Part shown: in pieces, positions 8,498 to 17,490 of the stretch
Layout of the letters: each line of letters begins with the position of its first letter
Numbering within the stretch: the stretch's first letter is position 1
From: Prevotella sp.
Lineage (GTDB): Bacteria; Bacteroidota; Bacteroidia; Bacteroidales; Bacteroidaceae
Reading direction: 5' to 3'
Assembly (NCBI GenBank): GCA_017428055.1
Contig: JAFRRN010000002.1
Coordinates: forward strand, 9,803-73,802
Length of the DNA: 64,000 bases
Position numbers and translations under genes: made by a program
Notes under the pieces: generated by a model
The model's database searches: none
Told to the model about the DNA's origin: nothing
The model's input: the letters and a program-made list of their open reading frames with translations, nothing else

Positions 8498-10393
8498 ATG
8501 AGGAAAGAGATGGTAACGATATTTGCGGCATTGGTGCTGTGGTCATGCGGTGGCGACAGGGATGCGATGCGGGAGCGGCTGGCATACGTGAGCCAGTGCA
8601 ACCGCGCCGACACGGTGTTCACCGAGGCGTGGCTACCCACGGTGGACTCGCTGACCCGATTCTTCGACCGCCACGGCAACGCCAACGAGCGGATGATGGC
8701 ACACTACCTGCAGGGGCGGGTACACCACGACATGGGCGAGGCGCCGATAGCCCTGGAGTGCTACCAACGGGCGACCGAGGTGGCGGACACCGCCAGCAAG
8801 GACAGCATTACCCTCCACACCCTTGCCGCCATATACGGCCAGATGGCAGACTTGTTCCACTTGCATTTCTTACCAAATGATGAGATGAATGCGCTAAGGA
8901 TGGCAGAGCAGATTGCCATGAAAAACCATGAAGCGCAATTTGCCATTAAGACTTATGAGTTACGGGTGAGGCCCTATTTCTTGTTAGGCAAGACCGACAG
9001 CATGATGTACGTGATGCGGGAAGCTCGGGAAAGATACCTCAAAGTCGGCAAGACGAAAGAGGCTGCACAAGCCATATTCCCCATGATAAGTATCTTCCTC
9101 GACCGGGAGGACTTATTAAACGCCAGGCATTGGCTGGATATATACGAGGGACAGTCGGGGAACTTTGACCAACATGGGGAGTTAATCCACGGTGGGGAAT
9201 ATTACTATGACAAGGGACGTTACCTATTTGCTATAGGAAAGACTGACTCCGCCAAGTATTATTTTAGCAAAGCCCGTGACAGGGGGATTATGGAGGCAGC
9301 CTACAAGGGATTGCTTTCAGTGTACAAGAGATTGAACGAGGCGGACTCGACAGCCAAGTTTGCTGAGCTCTTTGCCAATGCCAATGACTCGTCCTACATG
9401 CATGTCAACCAGGAGAAAATCAGCCAGATCTCGTCCTTATACAACTATACTCACCAAAGACAGGTCGCCGAGCAGAAAGGGCAAGAAGCAAAGAGGTGGG
9501 AGACAAGACTGTCATTTATTATCCTTTTGATGCTTTTTACCATCTCTTCCATAGCATTTGTTTTCTCTCACTTCAAAGCACAAAAACTGAAGGAAATTAA
9601 CACATTGGCGAAGATAAAGGATAGGTTAGAGATTCTTTTAGATGAAAAGGAAAAGGAAATCGAGCATATAATACAAGAGAACCAGGTACATGTGGAACGT
9701 GTACGTATGGAAGTTGGCGATGAAATAGGCCGCCTAAACATGGCATTCGAATCGGAGATGGGAAAGGTGAAGGAGTCGGACGGTCAAGAGTTTATTGAGA
9801 GCATACGGCAAAGGCATGAAATGGAAATCAAGCGATTAATGCAAAAGAATGAGTCAACCATAATAGAACTTTCAAGGGAGAAGGAGGCTGAAATTGAAAG
9901 AATTAAAGAAGATAAACGTTTGGAGGCCTTGCGTTTGAACAACAAGAACGCACGCTTACAACGCACATTAAAGGAAGACGTGGAAAGGTTGTCGTTTCAA
10001 GTGGACACTCTCAAGAAAAAACTTGTTGAAAAGTCCGCTTCCATTGCCGACGAAGATGGTCATAAAATCACCATCACCAACTTCAAGGAAAAATTCCAAG
10101 AATACCATAAAGGATATACGGCACCAACGGAGAAGGATTGGGAGGGCCTTGTGGAGGCCTTTCAAGCCATGTATACCAACTTTTTTTGTTTCATCACTTC
10201 TTTCCCCAATATGAAAAAGGAACATATTTACGTATGCTTGATGACCATGCTGGGCTTTTCAGAGCGTATGATGGCTGAAGCCCTGAAAACGGATGGCAAG
10301 CAAGTAGACAGGAGGAAACGACAGATTAACAAGAAACTGTTTCATGAGGATAACGCCAGTTCCCTCAAAGTAAACCTGTTGCGTTTTCTTTAG
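8498..10393 (+). CDS. Membrane protein with TPR-like N-terminal region, one TM helix, long coiled coil and C-terminal LuxR-like HTH
   Basis: Lipoprotein-like start MRKEMVTIFAALVLWSCGG. TM segment LSFIILLMLFTISSIAFVF. Charged heptad-like stretch (KEKEIEHIIQENQ...EKEAEIERIKEDKRLE). C-terminal YVCLMTMLGFSERMMAEALKTDGKQVDRRKRQINKKL resembles LuxR/sigma region 4 HTH tails seen in Bacteroidales. Confidence 0.75.
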   Translation: MRKEMVTIFAALVLWSCGGDRDAMRERLAYVSQCNRADTVFTEAWLPTVDSLTRFFDRHGNANERMMAHYLQGRVHHDMGEAPIALECYQRATEVADTASKDSITLHTLAAIYGQMADLFHLHFLPNDEMNALRMAEQIAMKNHEAQFAIKTYELRVRPYFLLGKTDSMMYVMREARERYLKVGKTKEAAQAIFPMISIFLDREDLLNARHWLDIYEGQSGNFDQHGELIHGGEYYYDKGRYLFAIGKTDSAKYYFSKARDRGIMEAAYKGLLSVYKRLNEADSTAKFAELFANANDSSYMHVNQEKISQISSLYNYTHQRQVAEQKGQEAKRWETRLSFIILLMLFTISSIAFVFSHFKAQKLKEINTLAKIKDRLEILLDEKEKEIEHIIQENQVHVERVRMEVGDEIGRLNMAFESEMGKVKESDGQEFIESIRQRHEMEIKRLMQKNESTIIELSREKEAEIERIKEDKRLEALRLNNKNARLQRTLKEDVERLSFQVDTLKKKLVEKSASIADEDGHKITITNFKEKFQEYHKGYTAPTEKDWEGLVEAFQAMYTNFFCFITSFPNMKKEHIYVCLMTMLGFSERMMAEALKTDGKQVDRRKRQINKKLFHEDNASSLKVNLLRFL

Positions 10394-10532
10394 ATTGATT
10401 GCTGTAACGGTGTAGGTTGTAGACAAGTGTAGATATTTTTAATTGCTTGATAATTAATGCTTTAGATTGTAAACTGTAGATAAGTGTAGATATTTTGTTT
10501 TCTCTTTTGTTGCATTGTATTATCATATTACT

Positions 10533-10540
10533 TATTTTTG
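10533..10540 (+). promoter_or_regulatory. Bacteroidota -7 promoter box (TAnnTTTG)
   Basis: tatttttg, 30 nt upstream of ATG 10570. Confidence 0.4.
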
Positions 10541-10569
10541 CGTTAAGATAACCATATATTTTATGTAAT

Positions 10570-10953
10570 ATGACAAATAAACCATCATCAATCTACGCCA
10601 TTACAATCATTTTCGTATCTTTGGCGTACTCCTTACCAAACTATTCGGCTTTATTGTTTGAACCTGTTCCTTTTCAGGTAACCATTTATGATCCGACCAA
10701 TCAAAATGGGGGTTGCCCAAAGAAACCGATCTTGCCCCCTACCATCTCTCTTGATGACCACACATTGTATTTTGACACACCATGCGACGGCTGTACGCTG
10801 AACATCGTGGACTCAAACGACACGGTAGTCTATACGACCGTGATCCCCACGGGTGCGACCTCGTTGGTGCTTCCCGCGACCCTCTCCGGCAAGTACGGGC
10901 TGCAAATCATCAGCGGCAACTATCTCTTCTACGGCACGATCGACTTGCCATAG
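10570..10953 (+). CDS. Small secreted beta-sandwich protein, DUF3244-like
   Basis: 127 aa with a hydrophobic N-terminus. The pattern ISLDDHTLYFDTP...CTLNIVDSNDTVVYTTVIPTGATSLVLPATLSGKYGLQIISGNYLFYGTIDL resembles my recollection of DUF3244 proteins from Bacteroidales. Confidence 0.65.
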   Translation: MTNKPSSIYAITIIFVSLAYSLPNYSALLFEPVPFQVTIYDPTNQNGGCPKKPILPPTISLDDHTLYFDTPCDGCTLNIVDSNDTVVYTTVIPTGATSLVLPATLSGKYGLQIISGNYLFYGTIDLP

Positions 10954-11000
10954 ATACTTACAGACACATTATATATAATGTCCCGGCGGGAAGGCATGTC
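10942..11000 (+). repeat. 59-bp direct repeat, copy A (3' end of DUF3244-like gene plus downstream)
   Basis: gacttgccatagatacttacagacacattatatataatgtcccggcgggaaggcatgtc matches 15636-15694 at 58 of 59 nt. Looser similarity extends on both sides (about 10925-11045). Confidence 0.9.
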
Positions 11001-11065
11001 GTGAAAGCATACGCGGCGGCATGCCTCCCAAAAAGGCAATCGTAAACCTAATAACAAAAAACAAC

Positions 11066-12280
11066 ATGAAAAAACTGATTATCTTTTTAGTAATTACCTT
11101 ACCTACATGTATCTTTGCGCAATTAAAAGTTGATTCATTAGGTAATGTGGGCATCGGTGTTAGTTCCCCTTTAGTATCAAAATTCTCAGTCGGCAATTCT
11201 GGAACACTTGGTGTTGATGTTGTCTTTAGCGGAAACCAGAATGTCCTTAAACTTTCAAGTACATACCCTAAACTGGCATTTGGTCAAACAACAACTCTCG
11301 AGGTGTTAAATTCCTCCGACCAGCCAACTATTACACAAGGTGTTCAAGTTGGTGCTACAACAACAGCAACATCAGGTACCGTAATTGGATTAAGCAGTTA
11401 TGCGCTTAATGGCAGCTTTGATGACGGGAAAGTCTTTGGGCTATATTCATACTTACCATCTTATGGCTTAAAGGGTGCCGGGATATATGCGAGTTCGACA
11501 TTGCCTTTAGAAACAGGGCTTGATGGACGCTATGCGGGCTTTTTCCAAGGGAATGTCAAGGTGACAGGTACAATCAATGGAGTGGTTGTAAGCAGTTCTG
11601 ACGGTCGCCTAAAAGAAAACATCGAAGAAATTGATGACGGTGAGAGTGTCCTTGAAAGGATTAACCTCCTCAACCCAATCAAGTATAATTACAAGAACGA
11701 GGAAACCGATGGAAAGGAAATGGACGATGACATGAAAGCCTTGGTGGGAAAATACGGTAAGCCGGCGGAACAACCCAATCAGGTGATGAAGAAGAAACAC
11801 TATGGGTTTGTAGCCCAAGAACTACAAGAAATCTACCCCGACCTCGTCTATGAGAGCGACAATGGCTATCTCGCAGTAAACTATACTGAATTAATTCCCA
11901 TCATGCTACAGTCCATCAAGGAGCTCAATGCCAAGGTGGAGCAGCTTTCGTCCCCAGCCGTCAGGAAGGCAAAGGCAGTGGGGACTGAGACGACAGGGAT
12001 AGATGCCGCCATTGCCGACGTGGCGGGGATGGACCAGAATGTTCCCAACCCATTCTGCGGCGAGACGGACATCGCCATCTACCTACCCGAGACCGTGCGG
12101 ACGGCTACGCTCTACATCTACGACCTCAGCGGCAAGCAAGTGGAGCAACACGCGATCGAGGGGCGCGGCAATACCACCATGACCATCCACGCAGACAGGA
12201 TGGACGCCGGCATGTACATCTACTCACTCATCGCCGACGGCAAGGTGGTGGCTACGAAAAGGATGATAGTCGTGAAATAA
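11066..12280 (+). CDS. Tail-fiber-like protein with peptidase S74 intramolecular chaperone domain and T9SS CTD
   Basis: Start chosen at MKKLIIFLVITLPTCIFAQ. SSDGRLKENIEEI...LNPIKYNYKNE...HYGFVAQELQEIYPDLVYE...LAVNYTELIPIMLQSIKELNAKVEQL is the endosialidase/tail-fiber chaperone signature. C-terminus ATLYIYDLSGKQVEQ...GMYIYSLIADGKVVATKRMIVVK is a T9SS CTD. Confidence 0.85.
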   Translation: MKKLIIFLVITLPTCIFAQLKVDSLGNVGIGVSSPLVSKFSVGNSGTLGVDVVFSGNQNVLKLSSTYPKLAFGQTTTLEVLNSSDQPTITQGVQVGATTTATSGTVIGLSSYALNGSFDDGKVFGLYSYLPSYGLKGAGIYASSTLPLETGLDGRYAGFFQGNVKVTGTINGVVVSSSDGRLKENIEEIDDGESVLERINLLNPIKYNYKNEETDGKEMDDDMKALVGKYGKPAEQPNQVMKKKHYGFVAQELQEIYPDLVYESDNGYLAVNYTELIPIMLQSIKELNAKVEQLSSPAVRKAKAVGTETTGIDAAIADVAGMDQNVPNPFCGETDIAIYLPETVRTATLYIYDLSGKQVEQHAIEGRGNTTMTIHADRMDAGMYIYSLIADGKVVATKRMIVVK

Positions 12281-12297
12281 TTATTTATTGTAAAGTT

Positions 12298-14628
12298 ATG
12301 TTACATTATTTCAGATATAATATTTATTTTGTGTTGTTATTATTATGTCCTATGAAATTTAATGCTCAAAATGTAAAAACGATTAATTTCACATATGATT
12401 TATCAAGTTTTACATATGATTATGCAGCAGATAGCAGTCTAACTGTATATTCACAGAGTGTCCAATCATTTTATATAGATGACGATGAAAGTCTTGCTTT
12501 ACCAATGTTTTATCTATCTGTATTGGTCACAAAAGGACAAGAACTTCAAGATTTCTCCATAACGTATGATAGTATACAGGTAAAACAAAATGTCATAATG
12601 GCAAATAGCCCACATATTAACCCCATAAACATTGGATCACAACCTAAACAGAAATCAACACGATTTATTGCTTCCAAGTATCCATTAAAAAATGCAAATT
12701 ATAGTGGAACGGTTTTTTGGGGTGACTATAAGATAATCCAATTTATTATCTCACCTTTTACTTTTATAGCTGAAAATAACAGTTTGTTCTTTAATTCAAA
12801 CTTTGAGTTAACAATAACACTAAACGACTCGACAAACAACGAAATATCTTATTTTATTAAAGATGATTTAACTGAACAATTAGTCAGAGAGAACGTTGTT
12901 AATCCTGAAGACATGGCTTTATATTTAGAAATGCTCCCTTCTTTAACAGAACCTAATGAAACACCTGTAAACAGGGAGAGTTATGACTACATTATCGTGA
13001 CTAACGAAACACTAAAGCCGTCTTTTGCAAGGTTAGTTGAATGGAAGACAACAAAGGGTGTTAAAACAAAAATAATAACATTAGAGGAAATACTTGGTAA
13101 ATACGAAAATACGACTTTTTCAACTCCATATAAAATAAAATTGACTCTTTACAACGAATTTACAAAAAAACTAAATAATAAAGATGGTCATGCCCTTCAG
13201 TATGTATTATTGGGTGGTGATGATAGTGTGATTCCAACTCAATATTGCCAAGGTTCATATTATGGTAGAGATAGTCTTGGTAGAAGAATACTTGTTACAA
13301 AATCAAACATCCCAACTGATTTGTATTATTCAACTTTAACGGGTCAGAACAACCTTTCATGGGATGGTAATAGAAATGGTATTTTAGGAGAAGTGAATGA
13401 AGGGATTAACTTTACCCCATCTGTATCTTTAACAAGACTTCCCGTAAGAACCAATGAAGAAGTAATAGTCTTTGTTAATAGAATATTACAATATGAAAAA
13501 GACAATCTGGCCGATGGATGGAAGAATAACATGTTGATGGTTGGCAATGAATTGGATACTATATATATCGAAAACAATGTGGCAGTTAGCGATGCCCAAT
13601 ACAAAGGTGATTATATATACGAAAAATATATACAGCCAAATTGGCATGGAACTATTAAAAAGTTTTATGACACTTGGACTGATTTTTCTGGTAGAGAAAG
13701 TTATGACCTAAGCGCTAATAACCTTCAATACCAGTTGGCATCTGGTTATAATTTTGTGAATATTATGACGCATGGTGATAGTACCATTTGGGCATTGGAA
13801 ACTGATTGGTATACAAGAGAACATGCATATATGCTGAATAGTTCAATACCTATGATTATTACCACATCTGCTTGTTTGACCAATGCTTATGATAGCGAAG
13901 ATGACCCATGTCTAAGTGAAGCATTATTAAGAAACGCCAATTGTAATGTATTGGGTTATTTTGGTCCAAGTAGGGAAGGGCTGTTTGTTTCTGGCAAGAC
14001 GATTGACCAATCAAATTTATATAATGCCGAATTTTATAAAGCACTTTTTACTGGAAAACACAAAAACTTCGGAACAATAATAAGAACCGCAATAACAAAA
14101 CTTATAGTATTAAATAAGAGATGGGTTTTCTTAAGTACGAATGCTTGTGGTGACCCAGAAATGCCCATCTATACAGAAATTCCGAATACTTTTAGTCAAT
14201 GTTCAATAAATATAAATGGAGATAGCATAGATATTCATGTAGGTGTGGATAGTGCAAATGTGTGTATTATGAGCTACAATGATTTAGGAGCTTCTTTTTA
14301 TGAAGTTCTTAAAGATACTTCTGACATCTCTATAACAAGAAACATACCAGACAGCATTTGTGTCTGCATTACAAAGCAAGGTTATGTTCCATTAATCCAT
14401 AAATATATTAGAGGAGATTTATTGTATATTCAGAACGAAGTGATTGAAGCAAATAACTCTTATATATCAAAACAGGTTCAAATTGGAAATAATGTAACAA
14501 ATATCTTGGAAACTGGAGATGTGACGGTAAGGAATGGTAAATCCACAATAAAAGCGAAAGAATCCGTCTTCATAAAAAATGGTTTTGAAGTTAAAAGAGG
14601 AGCTGAGTTTGAAATTAGAATTGAATAA
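12298..14628 (+). CDS. C25 (gingipain-like) cysteine peptidase family protein, AT-rich gene
   Basis: Signal peptide. YDYIIVTNETLKPSFARLVEWKTTKGVKTKIITLEEI, YVLLGGDDSVIPT, FVNIMTHGDSTIW (His) and MIITTSACLTNAYD (Cys) fit C25 architecture. The C-terminal repeat-like tail ends ...KNGFEVKRGAEFEIRIE with no obvious T9SS CTD. Confidence 0.75.
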   Translation: MLHYFRYNIYFVLLLLCPMKFNAQNVKTINFTYDLSSFTYDYAADSSLTVYSQSVQSFYIDDDESLALPMFYLSVLVTKGQELQDFSITYDSIQVKQNVIMANSPHINPINIGSQPKQKSTRFIASKYPLKNANYSGTVFWGDYKIIQFIISPFTFIAENNSLFFNSNFELTITLNDSTNNEISYFIKDDLTEQLVRENVVNPEDMALYLEMLPSLTEPNETPVNRESYDYIIVTNETLKPSFARLVEWKTTKGVKTKIITLEEILGKYENTTFSTPYKIKLTLYNEFTKKLNNKDGHALQYVLLGGDDSVIPTQYCQGSYYGRDSLGRRILVTKSNIPTDLYYSTLTGQNNLSWDGNRNGILGEVNEGINFTPSVSLTRLPVRTNEEVIVFVNRILQYEKDNLADGWKNNMLMVGNELDTIYIENNVAVSDAQYKGDYIYEKYIQPNWHGTIKKFYDTWTDFSGRESYDLSANNLQYQLASGYNFVNIMTHGDSTIWALETDWYTREHAYMLNSSIPMIITTSACLTNAYDSEDDPCLSEALLRNANCNVLGYFGPSREGLFVSGKTIDQSNLYNAEFYKALFTGKHKNFGTIIRTAITKLIVLNKRWVFLSTNACGDPEMPIYTEIPNTFSQCSININGDSIDIHVGVDSANVCIMSYNDLGASFYEVLKDTSDISITRNIPDSICVCITKQGYVPLIHKYIRGDLLYIQNEVIEANNSYISKQVQIGNNVTNILETGDVTVRNGKSTIKAKESVFIKNGFEVKRGAEFEIRIE

Positions 14629-14744
14629 TATGGTTGGATGTTGAGAATAAATAATTGAATACCATAATAAAAAAATGTATTATGTTTATTTCTAAAAATT
14701 TTTACATTTTATCTCAAGCTGATTAATAACTATGTTTTTATTTG

Positions 14745-14752
14745 TATATTTG
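14745..14752 (+). promoter_or_regulatory. Bacteroidota -7 promoter box (TAnnTTTG)
   Basis: tatatttg, 57 nt upstream of ATG 14809. Confidence 0.45.
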
Positions 14753-14808
14753 CAAGTGTGAATTAAGAGATTATTATATTGAAAGAATTATTCATAAAGG
14801 AGTTGGTT

Positions 14809-15588
14809 ATGTACAAATACCGTTTCTATTTGGTTGTATTGATATCGCTACTCATTAGGTTTCATCCTATAGATGCCCAAAGTAGCAGACGTCCATTCCT
14901 TGAGGAGGGGAAGATATGGAAATATGAGTTCTGGGATGTCAGTTTTATTGACGACAATGACATGTTTAATGGTATCTTATCCTTCGTCATACAGGGAGAC
15001 ACTATCATCAATAACAGAAATTGCTTCAAGTCATACCTGGCCATGAGGGGCAAGAGTGAGTATTTCGTGGCTTTATATGAGGAGGGTGGTAAAGTATACT
15101 TCTATGATGACGGGAGTGCGTCCCCGTCCCTCCTATATGACTTTGGCATTTCCATTGAGGACTCCGTTTATAATAATGACCTTGACGAATATATTTATTG
15201 TCTTGACATAGACACTATCGACGCTTGTGGGGAGTTGTATGTCAGGTACCATTTTTATAATGAATTCAGCAACGTGTTTGTTGGTAATGAACGCATATAT
15301 GGATATGAGTTTTTTACCTATTGGATTGATGGCATAGGCGGGGTTAGATGGCCATTTAAAAAGCCATTCTATGGGAAAGCAATGACAGAATTCAAGTCCT
15401 GCACATTGGATGGCAGAGTGGTATTCACCCATGAGGACTTCTACCAAAAGGCAAATATCCACTCCGCCACCACGGAAAGTCCATCCGACCACAGGCAAGA
15501 GGTTTACGACCTACAAGGTCGCATGGTGCAGACCCCACAATATGGCGGGCTGTACATCCAAGGCGGCAGGAAGTTTATCTTTCGGTAA
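14809..15588 (+). CDS. Secreted protein of unknown function with short T9SS CTD (paralog of 17945-18724)
   Basis: Start at MYKYRFYLVVLISLLIRFHPIDAQ. EEGKIWKYE and WIDGIGG motifs are shared with 17945-18724. C-terminus VYDLQGRMVQTPQYGGLYIQGGRKFIFR. Confidence 0.8.
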   Translation: MYKYRFYLVVLISLLIRFHPIDAQSSRRPFLEEGKIWKYEFWDVSFIDDNDMFNGILSFVIQGDTIINNRNCFKSYLAMRGKSEYFVALYEEGGKVYFYDDGSASPSLLYDFGISIEDSVYNNDLDEYIYCLDIDTIDACGELYVRYHFYNEFSNVFVGNERIYGYEFFTYWIDGIGGVRWPFKKPFYGKAMTEFKSCTLDGRVVFTHEDFYQKANIHSATTESPSDHRQEVYDLQGRMVQTPQYGGLYIQGGRKFIFR

Positions 15589-15635
15589 CGGTAAGGCATG
15601 GGTCTTCTATGGGTTCTCTACCTAATGGAACGTTT

Positions 15636-15694
15636 GACTTGCCATAGATACTTACAGACACATTATATTTAATGTCCCGGCGGGAAGGCATGTC
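15636..15694 (+). repeat. 59-bp direct repeat, copy B (decayed DUF3244-like 3' end plus downstream)
   Basis: 58 of 59 nt identical to 10942-11000. The upstream tcttctatggg...tttgacttgccatag retains frameshifted FYG...FDLP-stop remnants of the copy A gene end. Confidence 0.9.
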
Positions 15695-15779
15695 CGAAGG
15701 CAATCGGTAAGATATGCCTCCCCTTCTCTTAACAAGGAAATAATCTCGTTTTTCTTTTGGCGCTATTCCCTTTATTATG

Positions 15780-15787
15780 TATATTTG
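15780..15787 (+). promoter_or_regulatory. Bacteroidota -7 promoter box (TAnnTTTG)
   Basis: tatatttg. It overlaps the TTG start suggested by the ORF track at 15785, which argues for a downstream ATG start. Confidence 0.45.
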
Positions 15788-15814
15788 CGAAAGAAACGGA
15801 TTATTAACACTTTA

Positions 15815-16174
15815 ATGATGATGAAAATGAAAAGGATTTCTATTTTGCTTATTGTACCCATGCTCATGTTCATGATGCTGGGAGTTATAGGATGTAGTAA
15901 TGAGGATGAAAACGTACAATGTTATACTGTTACTATCAATGGTATGGATGAAAACGACATTGTTAGCGGAAATATTGTTCATTCACCGGAAAACTCTCCT
16001 TTTTTCAAAGGGGGGAGCATTGTCTTTTTCGACAAATCAGACTTGACAAGGAAAGAAATCTCCAAGGGAGACCAAATTGACATAATCATATTGTCATACA
16101 AGAATGTATCTATTGAAGGTCATCAGACTGGTATAAGGCATTTTTATAGGTGTGAAGTCAAAGAATGTAAATAA
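15815..16174 (+). CDS. Small lipoprotein, unknown function
   Basis: MMMKMKRISILLIVPMLMFMMLGVIGCSNEDEN carries a lipobox. The start could be 15815 or 15827. The leader is similar to that of 16963-17490. Confidence 0.7.
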   Translation: MMMKMKRISILLIVPMLMFMMLGVIGCSNEDENVQCYTVTINGMDENDIVSGNIVHSPENSPFFKGGSIVFFDKSDLTRKEISKGDQIDIIILSYKNVSIEGHQTGIRHFYRCEVKECK

Positions 16175-16385
16175 GTAGGTAAGAAATGAATTTATACATA
16201 TATTCACATACACATATTACACAGACTCTGGTTCTACTGAAGTAGGTAAGTCTAACAGTTATAAATGTATAATAGGCAGAAAGGAAATGCGATGGTATGG
16301 AGATAGTGAATTCCTTGGGGTTGTCTATAATATACACGTTTTTGAGAGGTAATATTTTAACTTTAGTAATCGTTAAAAAAAGATT

Positions 16386-16946
16386 ATGAAAAGAATCAAG
16401 AAACCATTATTCATCGTACTTGCGTTGACGCTTGCCCTGTGCTTGACGGGATGTGGAAGCGAGGAGAATTTGTCTCCGACAGTTGACTTGACATTCAGAT
16501 TGTTGGACAGTGATGGGAATGAGAAGACAGCCTTCTCGGAAGGAGAAGACATTGTATTTGAGCTTGCCATTAACAACAGGAGCAATAGTGCCATGTATTA
16601 CAATAATCAATTTGAGGGAGGGGACATTGCCTGGGGCGAAGACTTCTTCATGGTATATAGGGAAGATGGCGAGGTCATAGGGATGCCTTGGAACACAATG
16701 TGGTGCTTGCTTAGTCTACAAAAGACATTCCTCGTCCCAGAGCGTTTTGTTGCTTCTTGGCAAGGAAAGCCAGGGATTCCATTGTCTTATCCTTTGTGCC
16801 TAATAAACGATGGACTCCCTGAAAGCAAGCCTTTACCAAAAAGAAATTATTACACAAAGTTCAAAGTATATTATAACGCCAATCCAGAGCGCCAATCAAG
16901 CGCAACGATGGTGAAAGAATGTGAGTTGCATTTTGTAGTCAATTAA
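16386..16946 (+). CDS. Lipoprotein, unknown function
   Basis: MKRIKKPLFIVLALTLALCLTGCGSEE lipobox. 186 aa, AT-rich. Confidence 0.75.
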   Translation: MKRIKKPLFIVLALTLALCLTGCGSEENLSPTVDLTFRLLDSDGNEKTAFSEGEDIVFELAINNRSNSAMYYNNQFEGGDIAWGEDFFMVYREDGEVIGMPWNTMWCLLSLQKTFLVPERFVASWQGKPGIPLSYPLCLINDGLPESKPLPKRNYYTKFKVYYNANPERQSSATMVKECELHFVVN

Positions 16947-16962
16947 TAAATATCATGAGAAA

Positions 16963-17490
16963 ATGAAAAGGATTTCTTATTTGCTCTTTTTTCCCATTCT
17001 TGTTATTTCGATAATAGGAGTTGTCGGGTGTGGTAATGATGATGTGGAACAAGCCCCATTTAATATGGACACGGAAGACACATTTTATCCAAACAATGAC
17101 ATAAGCAATGAAGTGAGGGAGTTCTTTGAGAGTAAGCTAAAACCAAATGAAAATGTTTTTCTTGATGTGTTCAAAGGCATGTTTGATATAGACACATGCT
17201 TTGTTGTCAACAGCATGGAAGAGTTTTGCTCGCTCAGCCCTAATGTCTCTGGTCTTCCCTTTATTGATTTTTCCACCCATACAGTCATCGTCGGCAAGTT
17301 TGTGAGGACGGCAGGATTTTTAGTCAAGGAGCACAACGTCATTCTTACTGATGACAATTTGGCTCTCCGTATCTATATAACAAATGATAGATACGAAGCC
17401 TATACTTGCGATATGAAGGACTATTTTTATTGGGGTGTTTACCGAAAGCTACCATCAAACAATATTCAGGTTAAATTGATTGAAATATGA
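16963..17490 (+). CDS. Lipoprotein, unknown function
   Basis: MKRISYLLFFPILVISIIGVVGCGNDD lipobox. The stop overlaps the next ATG (ATGA at 17487). Confidence 0.75.
   Translation: MKRISYLLFFPILVISIIGVVGCGNDDVEQAPFNMDTEDTFYPNNDISNEVREFFESKLKPNENVFLDVFKGMFDIDTCFVVNSMEEFCSLSPNVSGLPFIDFSTHTVIVGKFVRTAGFLVKEHNVILTDDNLALRIYITNDRYEAYTCDMKDYFYWGVYRKLPSNNIQVKLIEI

Noticed and set aside
10418-10497. Possible CRISPR-like repeat-spacer structure.
   Set aside because: There are only two imperfect copies and no cas genes, and the repeats lie in a promoter region. No CRISPR array was seen anywhere in the window.
12298-14628. C-terminal ...IKAKESVFIKNGFEVKRGAEFEIRIE of the C25-like protein as a novel sorting signal.
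   Set aside because: It resembles repetitive beta-strand tails seen in other Bacteroidota surface proteins. With a single example here, no claim can be supported.
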